A DNA stretch of 64,000 bases. Source: Acanthaster planci. Lineage: Eukaryota. Location: NCBI RefSeq assembly GCF_001949145.1, contig NW_019091359.1, positions 2,518,861 through 2,582,860 of the forward strand, in the 5' to 3' direction. This document shows, in pieces, positions 40,721-52,949 of the stretch; position 1 is the first letter of the stretch; the number at the start of each line of letters is the position of its first letter. A model generated the notes under the pieces. The model saw nothing but the letters and a program-made list of their open reading frames with translations, searched no databases and was not told the origin of the DNA. The position numbers and the translations under genes are program-made.

Positions 40721-42134
40721 ATAACATGGCTTGGCGGGGATGACAAAATGGAAGCATAATTGTTGAATTATGAACTCTTTTGACTCTCTAGCTGAGAAGG
40801 TATTCATGAGTGGCAATCTGCCCTGAGCAGAAGCACCCCCTCATTGGTTGAAAAGAGCGATATTGGTCAGGAGTGCTCATTGTGTTGTTTGCCATGCCAC
40901 CATAATGCATTCATTTCATAGTCGTTTATGAACCAGCGAAGTGCAGTTCCGACCAGAGGAGCCTGTATTGCTAGGAAAATTGTGCCATCTCTTGGTCCTA
41001 CTCTGGGCTCATAATTATGCACTTGTCCAGTCTTGCACATTTATTTAAGACCAGCTCAAGTGGAGGCTGATGCATCCACTGATGTCCCTCTCCATTCCCT
41101 CATCACTTCACCTCATGCTATAGTTGCACAAATCGCCATACATGTATAAGGAAACTGTGTACAACTGCTTGTGAGATGTGTACGTATACCACAACATGGC
41201 TTATTTATGTTAAAACTTTTTTTAAACATACCAACTTTGTGATTCATAAAATACATGCTTGGCTTGGCCAGGTAGCAAAATACCTGCATGACCCAGTGTT
41301 TTATGCGAGATGTTTTTCCTGAGACATCACCAAATTGCTAATATTAAGGAACGTCAGATGATTGTTGTGTCTAATATGGATGAGAATTATATTTGGTGGG
41401 TTCTCTTTAGGAACTGCAGTTAAGTGAAGTTTCCCAACCTGTTTTGTTTTTCAATTTCAAGAAATCATTAAGTATCGGTACATAATAAGTGGAATAATTC
41501 CCTTGTCACATCACTAGTTGTGTATTCAGTAAATGCTGACAAGTTTAACAATAACTTCATGTAATGGATGTTTCATTTAACAATAAATACAAATTTAAAA
41601 TGAGAGCAGATAAACAGGATCCTATAAAGCTAGAATTTCAAATGAATAACACATCAGAACTTAATTTTATGCCGGAGAGACATTCAACAGGAACTTATAT
41701 TTTCATGGTGTAATGCAGTGCAAAATATAACAAGTATAAGTTACCATTCCAGAAACAATTGTTAAATATACAAAGAACGATTTCATCTGACAGAGCCTGA
41801 CTTAAAGACAATTCTGTATGTTACATGTATATGATACAACCAAATATTTTAATGTGATTTGTGAGTTTTGATGTAATTTGAAAATTCATTTGTATCGAAA
41901 ACACTGAGCTATATGGATACAGAACAAAAGTGGGTAATACGTTTAATGTTTGAAAGTGTCAGGTAAAAATACACAACAAAGCTGTGTGCTTGAGGTAATG
42001 ACAGAACTACACAAAGTTAAACATGAGAATTTAAATTGACTTGTTTCAGCTTCGGTCATAGGTAATGTGCCTGTTGTAATCGTTCTGGGCCAATGAACAG
42101 ATAGTATCCAGGATAGTACCAAGATCCAAATTTA

Positions 42135-44669
42135 TCACTGTAGATGTAAAAGCCTAATGAGGGGAAGTGAGTAAGTATGTATGTCATCAGGAATCAGTTG
42201 GGGCATGCTAGCTGCAAACGAAACAATGTGTGTAACATTTTCACGATTGCCTAGGTCTATTTTACTTAAATACCTCGCATACCATAAGTGGCGAAACCAA
42301 AAAACAACTGATTTGTCCAATGCTGTGTTGTCAGCAAGGATCAGAGCAGTAAGTTGGGGCATGTTAGCCACAGACCGATCAATGTGGTGAACATCTTGAC
42401 TTTGCAGAGAACAATTGCTTAGGTCCAATTTATATAAGTTCTGCGTGTGCTGCAAGAAGTAAGACCATGAGTCAGCCGATCCACCTAATGCTGTGTTTCC
42501 AGCAAGGATCAGGTCAGTCAGTTGGGGCATGTCAGCTACAGATAAAGCAATGTGGCGAATNNNNNNNNNNNNNNNNNNNNNNNNNNNNNNNNNNNNNNNN
42601 NNNNNNNNNNNNNNNNNNNNNNNNNNNNNNNNNNNNNNNNNNNNNNNNNNNNNNNNNNNNNNNNNNNNNTTGATTTAAGTTCTTCATGCGCGGCAAGTTG
42701 TTTGGAAGATCCGATGCTGTGTTGTCTGCAAGGTTCACCTCGGTCAGTTTTGGCATTTTACTTACAGATGAAGCAATGTAAGTCATGTCTGTGTTATGCA
42801 GTTTCCAGCCTTTTACTTTTAGTATGTTAAGGTTTGTCAAGCATTTGATAGAAGCCCAATCTACTGTCTGTCCGTCTGTATTTGTGCCATGTATGGATAG
42901 TTTAGCGAAGAGTTTGATATCTTTGGATGATGACAAGATTTCTGTCAGATTGTTGTCCCCTAAAGCACATTCGGTTAGCTGTAGCTCTCTGAGATTTTTC
43001 ATGGAACCCAAGGCAAAAGCCAAGTCCTTGACTTGAGACACCCCAGTCAAGGATATGGATTCAACTTGTTTCAGCTGTTCCTTGCTGTCTGACCTACAGA
43101 TGACCTTAAGTAGGTACACCAGACTGTAGAAATCCTTATCTCCACTCACTACAATACACGAAGGAACCACTGATGAATCACCGGCAAGACATTTTGGAGC
43201 GTTGGTTGATTGGCTTTCAAAAAAGCAATTTCGGCTGATCTCTTGTATGATACTTGAATGATACTTGGGCTGATATTTGTTAGTTTGAAAGGAACGGTTA
43301 AGCCAGAGTATGATGTTTATCATACATTTCTCATTATCAGCACAACAAAAACGAAAGACAAACTCGTTTGAAACTACAGCATCAATTGTAGAACAAAGTT
43401 TTCGTAAATTGCTTTTAAATGCTCCCCATTGCTTGGGTTTATAGAAGACAGGCTTTCTGAGCAAACTCTGCAGATATTGTGCAGCACAGTATTCCTGCAT
43501 TGTCTTGTGCATGAACTCAATGGTGTTGACTGCTGTTATACGTTTTAAAACCCTATGCTGGTTTAAGATTCCTGCTTGCAGTGCCAAGTCAAGTGCGCGA
43601 CGTTCATCAAACTCATCTTCTCTAAATGAAAATTTTGCATCATCACAAGTGAGCCCACCCAGTGCAGTTTTTCCAACTGACAGCAACACACTGGCAACAT
43701 CTTTCCCTGAAACATTTACCTTTCTACTGAACATGTACTCAACTGCCTGATTGTAGAGGCGTGACACTGTTTCTGGAAGCCGTTGCTCTTCCCTCCATAA
43801 CAAGCACATCAGAAGCAGGAGCATAGGAATCTTGGCCAAAATGCGCAGTGTATTTGACTTGTTGATAGTACTGATTAGCGCGTCGGCTGTAGCTGAGTTG
43901 TTTTCATAAAATTTCTGGACATACTCTGTGACGTCACTTTCTGTAAATCCAACAACCTCTACATGTACGCAAGGATTTTCAACCAACTTGACTAGTCTGT
44001 CGAGATGAGAGAGACGTGTTGATACACAGACAAAACAATCTCGATATTTTGTTCTTTGGAGGGCCTTTATAATAGACCCGTAATCCATAGCTGGATTAGG
44101 TGATTTCATGCCCATTTCATCAAAACCATCCAAAAGAATCAAGACCTTACTTGAGTTCTGTTGAATGAATTGATCAATGTCATTGAGTGATATACTTCTA
44201 TCATTTTCACCAAGGAGTTGTTGAACAACTGCAACGTCTAGATCAGAGTCTTGGGACAAGTTGCACAACTTCAATGAAATGACAAGTGTGAATCTTTTTA
44301 GCGCCTCATTCTCAGTAGCCCAGTCAAATGCAATCATATCAAATATCGTGGACTTTCCCACACCGCCATCGCCAACAAAAATGAGCCGTTTGATAAGATG
44401 CCCTCCCTTTGTCTTTGCTCCAAATATTTCAGCATACTCTTTTGAATTAAGAGTTTGTGTTTCTTCTCGGCTACTTGCTACAAATGTTACTCCTTCCCGT
44501 GTTCTTAATAGCACTTTAGTGTATATGTCAGGTATGAACTTTTGATCATGACCACCCTCTGGTGTCAACTGCACATTACTACGTGTTGTATTGTATATTT
44601 CCTTGATCTTGTTACCAATTTCCTGCATGTGTTCTGGTCCCCGTTCATGATGTTGACTTAGATGCATTC
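42135..44669 (-). CDS. NLR (NACHT-LRR) receptor, large terminal exon (contains N gap 42561-42669)
   Basis: Walker A GDGGVGKST (44347-44373), Walker B LILLDGFDEM, IPMLLLLMC, winged-helix FMHKTMQEYCAAQYL, then ~28-residue RI-type LRRs (MPQLTDLILAGNTAL...LYKLDLSNCSL). Acceptor catttccacag|GA, phase 1; stop TGA at 42135. Confidence 0.93.
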
Positions 44670-45190
44670 CTGTGGAAATGACACAAGCCAAGGGAAATAT
44701 TTTGCTTTAATATTTAAAAAATATCACTTGAAATTTACAGTTAACCAGTAAAAGGTCTGTCAATGTCACAAATTTTATTCATGGAAATATGAAATTCTAA
44801 GAAAGTAATGACATGTAGTTAATGTAAATGTTCCACATCCGATAATAACATGTCATGCTTCTTGACTAATGTACACATTTGTCAAGCAAATCATTTCAGA
44901 ATGCACGAGAGAGGCATAATTAAACTGAACCACTATATGCTTTGCTTGTATAAAATATGATTTAAACAATGAACAGTGTCTTCAATGAACACTGTGACAG
45001 CTACTACACCCTAACCTCAACTGTTGGAGTTTTGAGCTGGGTTATATGTTTCATTTGTACTTTGGGTGGTTATGGTTGGTTGGTTTTTCCTAATTTGGTA
45101 GCCCATGATTTTGTCCATTCGGACATTTAACTAAAACCTCATTAATGTACACTTATCACAAATATGTTAGACCATTTTCTTAAGGCCTAC

Positions 45191-45277
45191 CTGAAGTTTG
45201 TGTGGAAGGCATCTGGGAGGTATCCACTGTCCTAGCATGAGGATTTGATGACATTGCGACTGCATCCTCTTTATTTG
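45191..45277 (-). CDS. NLR linker exon (Ser/Thr-rich)
   Basis: 87 nt, phase 1-1, ANKEDAVAMSSNPHARTVDTSQMPSTQTS. Acceptor tttcttctag, donor CAG|gtaggc; joins the Death and NACHT exons in frame. Confidence 0.8.
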
Positions 45278-45641
45278 CTAGAAGAAACAGGAAATTTCAG
45301 AAAACTATCAGTGTCATTGTATATAAAGAAATACATTGGCAATCACAAATCTATCGTGTCAGTTTATAGTTGATGCAGTTCAGGACTTTCAAAATGTATA
45401 CTATCTTAAATGAACTGCAGCGCTGCATGCCTTAATTCATATTATACCTGTGATCTGTTCCTTCTTTTCTGGCATTTGTGATAGCAGCGGTCAACTGGGT
45501 CATCAGAGGGCTAGCAAACACGCTCTGTGGTTGGGTATGTGTTTGTTTGTTTGTTAGGTCAGGATGTCCTCCACTAATTATATTCTCCCTGACTTACTAA
45601 CACTGATATTAATACACGTATATATCCTCAGAGTTTATTAC

Positions 45642-45905
45642 CTGTCAGCATAGCAGCAAGATCTTTTCTCCCAATCTCATTTGATGCGAGAATATCAGAA
45701 AGATTCTGGCGCTGTCTTTGAGGTGGCTGTCTTTGTCTCCACTCAGTGAGAAGAGTGAGGATTTGACGCACCACTTCTCTGGGAAAATCCTTTTCAAGCT
45801 GTGGGACTCTTTCTGTGTCAAAGTCCAGTTTCGCAGCCAGCATTGTACAGTATTTCGGATCAAATCTCTGAGCTATTTTGTTCAGAATGCAATCACTTAG
45901 CTCCT
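45642..45905 (-). CDS. NLR N-terminal Death domain exon
   Basis: 264 nt, phase 1-1, EELSDCILNKIAQRF...MLAAKLDFDTERVPQLEKDFP...QILTLLTEWRQRQ...LSDILASNEIGRKDLAAML, a typical Death-fold pattern (LA..LG/DF, LL..W, GR.DLA). Acceptor gttttgcag, donor CAG|gtaata. Confidence 0.88.
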
Positions 45906-46999
45906 CTGCAAAACAGACCAAAAAAAGGCATGATAACTTCAAATGCAACCCCTTTATACTGCAGTTAAGGACAATGGCTGAAACCTGGGAGAGCATGCAT
46001 CGTTGAAAAAATAAAGCTGTAGGCAATGGTCATTGCCGTTGAAGGGACCCAACTAACACGGTCCAGTCACTCACGATACAGTTGGTCATCGCACTGACAG
46101 ATAGAAACCAATTTACACTACAGGTTACTGGCAAGTACTCTCTTAAGAAACAAAGTTATGCTGTCTGACTTCATGGACACCATGTTTAAGACACGTTCAG
46201 ACAGTCAGGTAGATCCATCATCTATGAATGGGGGCTGCTATGGAAAGTAAAATCAGATGTGTGAGTGGTGCAGATTTTATTCATGTGGTTGAAAATTTCC
46301 ATATTTCAAATCAGTAAAATCAGTCTTGAGTAGAAGCAGCAACATGAATTGAGACAAGGTAACCCCACCCCCTCCAAAAATAAAAGGAAAGAGAAATAAG
46401 GGGTACAGCCACACACCAGCTGTGCCCTCTCTGGATCTGCCAAATTGTCCATGCTAGTAATAATCTGTAATCTATCATCAACTCTTCTCATTCGATATCA
46501 CTATAACAACATGCAGTATTATAAATACACTCATCTTTCAAAGTGGAATGGGCATTGCTTCAACAAGCCCTTTCTAAGTACAATTCTCAAAGTGACTCAT
46601 CTGGGAAGACTTTTAAATTTTCTCCATTTCGACAGCTACTCCCACCAGGAAGGGACCAGCAACCAGTGGGGGACCAGGGCAGTGCCCCTTGTCAATCTCT
46701 TTTTACCCCCAAAGGAATAGACTGCAAGCAACACAAAATAAATATGAACGCATAGTCTTGGTAAATTCTGATTCAAGTACAATCTCAGTACACAGGTCAG
46801 AAGGTCAGAACAGTCCAAATATGCTGGAAGTAGATTTTAGATTTTGAAAGGGGGATAATTATAAAGTGATTGAATGGGTTTTATCCTTTTATTTTGTTTT
46901 CACTCCCATGAACACTCTGTTACAACTAACCTCACTACAATTGATTACATCATCTGTTTTCATATTTTCTCTAGATATCCATGTATCTGTAGGGCCTAC

Positions 47000-47098
47000 C
47001 TGTGGCAGCCATCATTGGAGGACTTGGACTCGTGGCTTGGGGACTGGGTGAAGTCGTGGCTTTGTCCTCTTTTGTGACGGGAGTTGAATATAAGGAAA
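47000..47098 (-). CDS. possible upstream NLR exon (Ser/Thr/Pro-rich)
   Basis: Open frame VSLYSTPVTKEDKATTSPSPQATSPSPPMMAAT, donor CAG|gtaggc as in the linker exon. Acceptor uncertain (ctggcag keeps phase 1-1). Confidence 0.45.
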
Positions 47099-49667
47099 CT
47101 GCCAGTAACTGCAGGTATTGGCAGAGCAGTTTCATGGAAACTTGAATGTCATGATTAAATATCATAAATAGGAGGGTTGGCAATTTGTTTCAATTAAAAC
47201 ATTTCATATTTTAATTTTATTTCTTTACATTGGCGATAAAATTGACAGTGTGGATATTATCTCATCCAAAGCAAGTATTGAAGAAATTTTGATTTCAATG
47301 AAGTTTTTAATTAAAATCACTAACGGGCAGTTGATTAAAATCAGTGTAGTGGCAAGATATTACATTTGAGGTGTTCTTTTACAACTTCTTCTTTTTCTTA
47401 AAGTTTGCCATGTGTGTAATTGTCAGTAGGTGCAAATTGAAATTTGTTGCATATTAACTCTAGCTTCAGTCATGCTTTAGGGAGCCCTGTACTGTTGAAA
47501 GTGTACTCTTTTGAGTATAGCAGTAAAAATTCTCATGTTTACTATAATCCACAAATATTTTTTATACCAAAAATAAGTTCCCTGAATTAAGGTGAAATTA
47601 CTGAGTTTTCCAAGTCCCATACACATTTGTTTTAAATCCAGATAGATTTGGAAATAAAAACAATCATGAATCACAACCACTACAACCACTGCCACCAGCA
47701 AGAGCTACCAACGCCTTTACTGACACCACGGTACAAATGTACCGTTGCCTCATGCAATTGTCAGCCATCGTAGCCCTAAGGTGTAGGTTCTTACCTGTAC
47801 GCAACTTCAGAGGAGGCTACTGGCAACGGCGAGTGAACAGCTTCTGGGCTTATGAGGGATAAAGTTCAAAGTTCCAGTGCACCCTTAGCAAGAGCCAGAT
47901 GGGCCTAGATTTATGAAAAAAAAAGAATGAATGCTTTCATCTCCATCCTATACTTTGAAAAAGTTTTTGTCGTGAATAATCTGACATTTGATAAGAACAG
48001 ACTAAAGAGAGAGCCTTGATTTGGAGTACAACACTCACCTGGATGTAGTTGGTTTCTAATCTTCCATCTCACTGGGGACATCAGTTGGTTTACCTGGAGT
48101 ATCAGATTGCAGATTAATCTTTGAATCTATTCTCAACAATTGCATGTCCTGTATTAAGATATTGAAAGAGAATCTTTTTTGTGTGACATCCAATCCAAAT
48201 TACCTCTGAAAATATTCTAAATAAATTTCAAATGCACAAATGGAAAACTTTAAACCAAAGAAATCAGTATAATTCCATCCAATTCAACAAGTTTGTCCAA
48301 AGCAGTTCTGATCATTCTATAAAGACATTATAGAAGGGATAGTCAAGTCCTCAAAATACTGCAGGAAAACTGCTTGCAGATAAACACACATTAAACACAG
48401 GTGTTTGTTGTGGAGATTAAAAATTTCATGTGACTAAGTTTTGTCTCCACAACACCGTCTTGACTTTCTTGACAAAACAAATGGTCTCCTCTATATAACA
48501 GACACACACAGGTTATCTACTTGTATTGTGGACAATCCTTTGTTTTTGTGTACTTAAGAAAACTCTGTGAAAATGTTTTTGTAAAAAAAAAAAAAATTGG
48601 CTGCTTTGCAAGTGATTTGATTACTTCACAGATATATTTTTTCTCTTAAGTCTGATGGAGATGCCAAAGCTCACCATGCAGATCTGGTAACATTTTAAGG
48701 TCTTAAAGAGTATTAATTATTTTCTTTTGGGGAGAGGGAGGTTTAAATAATAATAAAACATTGGCATTTAAATCTTGCCTGAGTGTGTCAAATACTTACC
48801 AGTTGCAACTGAAGGGTAGGCTACGGCATAGCTGGCAGCCAGGTGTCAACAAGGTTGATGTTTATTTTTCTGGTTAATGAGGGGTCAGGTTAATGGGTGT
48901 GATATGCTCTTGTCCACTGTCAGATGAGCTCTGGATTTAAGTATAAAACAGTACAAAATAAATAAATTGGTTTCAACAGTGCTTTGAAACTAGGTTTCAT
49001 CACGAATAATCTGACTCTACTAAAGAACCAATGAAAGATCCTTGGTCCCTGGACACGATACTCACCAGATGTAGTTGACGTGGAGGGTACCTTTGCCACC
49101 TGTTTTATCTTGCCAGAGTCATCAAAAAGGTTATTGTTCACCAGATGTTAATTCACAGCTTTATGGGACATATTCTGGACAATCAAATGCCCCGTTTTCA
49201 ATGAAAATCCATGATCTATTAAAATAAGCTTGATTTTTAATATAGTTTTAAATAACTTTTGTATTGGTACCAGATGAAAAAGGTACAAAACGTGTACCTA
49301 CAAAATTTCAGAAATTTCTGAAAAGATATCCAAAGGTTTTATGTAACCAAAGGAACTTCAAAGCTGCAGCTGTGATCAGTTCGAGTATTTGCAAACAAGT
49401 GTTTCCAGGGTGGCAGTGAAGCTCTATAGTGGTAACACCCACTTATCACGCGATCACTTGACGGAACTACATTATGTAAATTAGTCTTCGGATCATTCTC
49501 CAAGAACATGTACCCAAACTTTTGGGTTAGACTTTTGGCATCTTGCTGAAAACACTTTATTGTATGATTTGTGTGAATTTCCCTCTGAAAAAAATTGGGT
49601 GTGTTTACATTCTGAAAAAACATGTAATTAGTAAAGAGACAGAAATCAAGTTGTTTTGAGATTATTT

Positions 49668-52209
49668 TGACAACATGAAAAAATGCCGTTTTTGAAGGGT
49701 TACAAATAAACTTAGGAAAGTAACATGAACTTTTTCACATCTAAAAGTAAAAGGTAAGTTTNNNNNNNNNNNNNNNNNNNNNNNNNTTCAATTTTGAAAA
49801 TCCCAGTTTCAGGGAACCAATAACTATCCCCCGTGATTTTCTGCAGGTCAAGTAAGGAACTTGGACACTTCAATCTGGAAAATAACCTGTTTACCGAGAA
49901 ACCAAGTTAGATTTGACAACCTGCAAACATGCTCCAAAGTCTCACTGACTAGCTGTTTTCAAATTCTGGCTGGCTGAAACAGTAGCAAATTTTTTTCCCA
50001 CTTCCCTTGGGCCTACGCACAACGTAAAAACATAAATGTAGCTGTGATCAAAAACAGCTTCCCTTATGTCTTTGTCTTGACTCAAAACCTACAACCTGAA
50101 ACTCATTTCTCGCGCCAATCTTTGCCAAGATTATTTAGTTTCTTGTAAAGCATTGTAAAGTCGCTTTATGTTTTATATTGTCTGAATGCTCAACTCCTGG
50201 GGCATGTTTTGGTGAACCAGGAAAACAAGTTTGTGCCCGAAAAACAAAAACCGGATACAAGTTAAGGTGGCTTGCAAAATTGTATACCCAGAAACAATTA
50301 CGTCATACCACAGAGATTGCAATCGAATCTGTTGTGTAGGTCTAGGTCTATGTTTTTCCTCTATCAAATGTATTTTAGCAAGAATGTTTCACTGCCTGTA
50401 TAAACATATGCCCCCTTGCTGATGATATCTTCAAATGTCATTAATTTTGTCAAGTTTATTGTCGCTACTGGTCTATCATTACATATTCTAGAAACTGAAG
50501 ATAACCATTTAGGTTAGCTGCAAGCAACAACAAACTGAGGGATAAAAAACTCCTTTTTGGGAGACAACAAAAATAACTGCTTATTTTCTGCCATTTTAAA
50601 CTGGCGACGATTCAACTCCAAACTTAGGTTTCTTTAGTAGTATGACTTGTAGAAATACCTCCACACACATTACAAAGATTTCAAATTATCCTAAACTGCC
50701 CTTGTGTAACATTATGACATGTACCTGATGTTATCATTATCATGTACATGCACACGATAGTTTCAGAACAATTAAATTTAGCGTGTGGAGGTGAAGTTTC
50801 AAAGTTGCTCTTAAAATCTACATGCACGCATTCAAACTGGGGATTTTACTAATGTTTGGTGGCAAAACAATTCTGCAATTTCTCCCATTGTTTCAAGCTG
50901 CAACAATGTAATGGCTACCAATGGTTATCACTTTAAAATTTGGTTGAAGGTCTCTTAATTAAATCACAAATAATGACAACATGAAATAATGCCGTTTTTG
51001 AAGGGTTACAAATAAACTTAGGAAAGTACATGAACTTTTTCACATCTAAAAGTAAAAGGTAAGTTATACTGTCTTGAATCCAGTTGAGTCAGGCATTGAT
51101 ACAAACAGGCCAAATCACATCACCCCTGTCAAGAGTATGGATTTTCCAAAATGTTCCAAAGTTCCTAACTCAAGTGTTTAGGTTTTAACATGTAAACAAT
51201 ACTCCCTATGCTCTACCATTCCAGGCACGCTGGTGGGTGACTTGAGTTGCTATCAACTGTTAGGGCTTAAATTATCATGATAAGTGCTCTCAATATTGGT
51301 TTGGTGTCTCATTAATGTAAATACTACAGGTTATTATTAACTATTAGCACAAACAAGAATCACCTTTGAGGCAGCACATCTAAAACGGTTGGCGTGGTTA
51401 CCCAAAATGGCAATGTCAAACCCTAGTCTGTGGGTTAGTGGGGGCCAACATACATCTTAAATCAAAATCTCTGCAGTTATCAATCTCACGACAAGGCATA
51501 ATACTGTTATACTAATGGCATAAATATTCTGCAACCATGTTTTATTGGAGATTATAATTGAAATCATTCATATGCATAATGCAATTTTGAAAATCCCGGT
51601 TTCAGGGAACCAATAACCATCCCCTGTGATTTTCTGCAGGTCAAGTAAGGAACTTGGACACTTCAATCTGGAAAATAACCTGTTTACCGAGAAACCAAGT
51701 TAGATTTGACAACCTGCAAACATGCTCCAAAGTCTCACTGACTAGCTGTTTTCCATTTCTGGCTGGCTGAAACAGTAGCAACTTTTTTCCCCACTTCCCT
51801 TGGGCCTACGCACAACGTAAAAACATAAATGTAGCTGTGATCAAAAACAGCTTCCCTTATGTCTTTGTCTTGACTCAAAACCTACAACCTGAAACTCATT
51901 TCTCAGGCCAATCTTTGCCAAGATTATTTAGTTTCTTGTAAAGCATTGTAAAGTCGCTTTATGTTTTATATTGTCTGAATGCTCAACTCCTGGGGCATGT
52001 TTTGGTGAACCAGGAAAACAAGTTTGTGACCCAAAAGCAATAACCGGATACAAGTTAAGGTGGCTTGCAAAATTGTATAACCAGACACAATTACGTCATA
52101 ACAAAGATTTCATATTATCCTAAACTGCCCTTGTGTAGCATTTTGACAGGAACCTGATGTTATCATTATCAAGTACATGCACACAATAGTTTCAGAACAA
52201 TTAAATTTA
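49668..52209. repeat. near-identical tandem duplication (49668-50780 versus 50974-52209)
   Basis: 49789-50317 matches 51582-52108 almost base for base. Copy 1 has an N gap (49762-49786); copy 2 lacks ~50318-50679. May be an uncollapsed haplotype. Confidence 0.9.
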
Positions 52210-52330
52210 AATGAATCAGAGAAGTCTGTTTTTGCAAAAATGGTGACCTGAGGATACTGGCTGACCTTTTTTAGTAATATAGAATGAAAGTAGAAAGCTA
52301 TGCACATGATTGCGACTGTCATTCATAAAT

Positions 52331-52567
52331 GGGTCATTCCATGAAGTTCGGGCAGAATTTGTGATGGCGTCCCTTATTACATCAGTAACTTTTATTGCCC
52401 ATTTTTTTCACATTAAAACAGATTGAGTCATTATTATTCGGCAAAGATAAAGCACACCACTACAAGAACCTAGCAAGATGTACAACAATGTCAATTTAGA
52501 TGTTTATTTTCACTGATGTAACAAGGGACGCCGTCACAAGCTGTGCCCAAACTTCGTGGAATGACCC
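52331..52567. mobile_element. MITE, 237 bp, ~55-bp TIRs, 4-bp TSD (Sola-like)
   Basis: gggtcattccatgaagttcgggca...cttattacatcagt versus actgatgtaacaaggg...tgcccaaacttcgtggaatgaccc, flanked by aaat on both sides. Confidence 0.85.
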
Positions 52568-52949
52568 AAATATTAACTTTGTTAAACATTCATGACCTCC
52601 CTCAAATTAGAAAACTATGTTTCAAAGGGCTGCTGATCAGAGTTTTCTCTTCATGGACACGTCAAGTTACAGACTCATCTAAGGAGACGCTATTTCTGTA
52701 ATTCCATGGCACTCAGGCACATGTCTTGACTTGAGCATTCGTGTGCCCACACTTTGGCAACTTTTGACACCCTGTTGGTCAAAGAAGAGGAAGCATATAA
52801 CATTACCGTACCACCTGTGTATGAACAGGATGGCCCCACAGGAATAGCTCCTCATGCTGGTCGCTAGAGTTACCTTTAAGCATGGTGAAGAACAAGTGTA
52901 CTACAAAGCCAGAAGTTGCTGATAATAAGGGAGCTTCTCAAAATTCAGA

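Larger units (their letters stand above)
37622..41995. repeat. segmental duplication copy A (paralogous to 54297-57528), directly downstream of the NLR stop
   Basis: Collinear direct similarity, e.g. tttactgttattgtttgtc..., ctagctgagaaggtat...gcagaagcaccccctcattggttgaaaagagc, atacagaacaaaagtgggtaat. Interrupted by insertions at 38417-38477, ~38790-39405 and 39697-40720. Confidence 0.92.

Noticed and set aside
42532..42669. Apparent frameshift/stop splitting the NLR ORF
   Set aside because: The frame change coincides with a 109-N gap of estimated length; LRR sequence (IRHIALSVADMPQL) resumes right after it.
45448..45525. Extra NLR exon between the Death and linker exons
   Set aside because: A donor is present, but each nearby acceptor gives a stop or the wrong phase.
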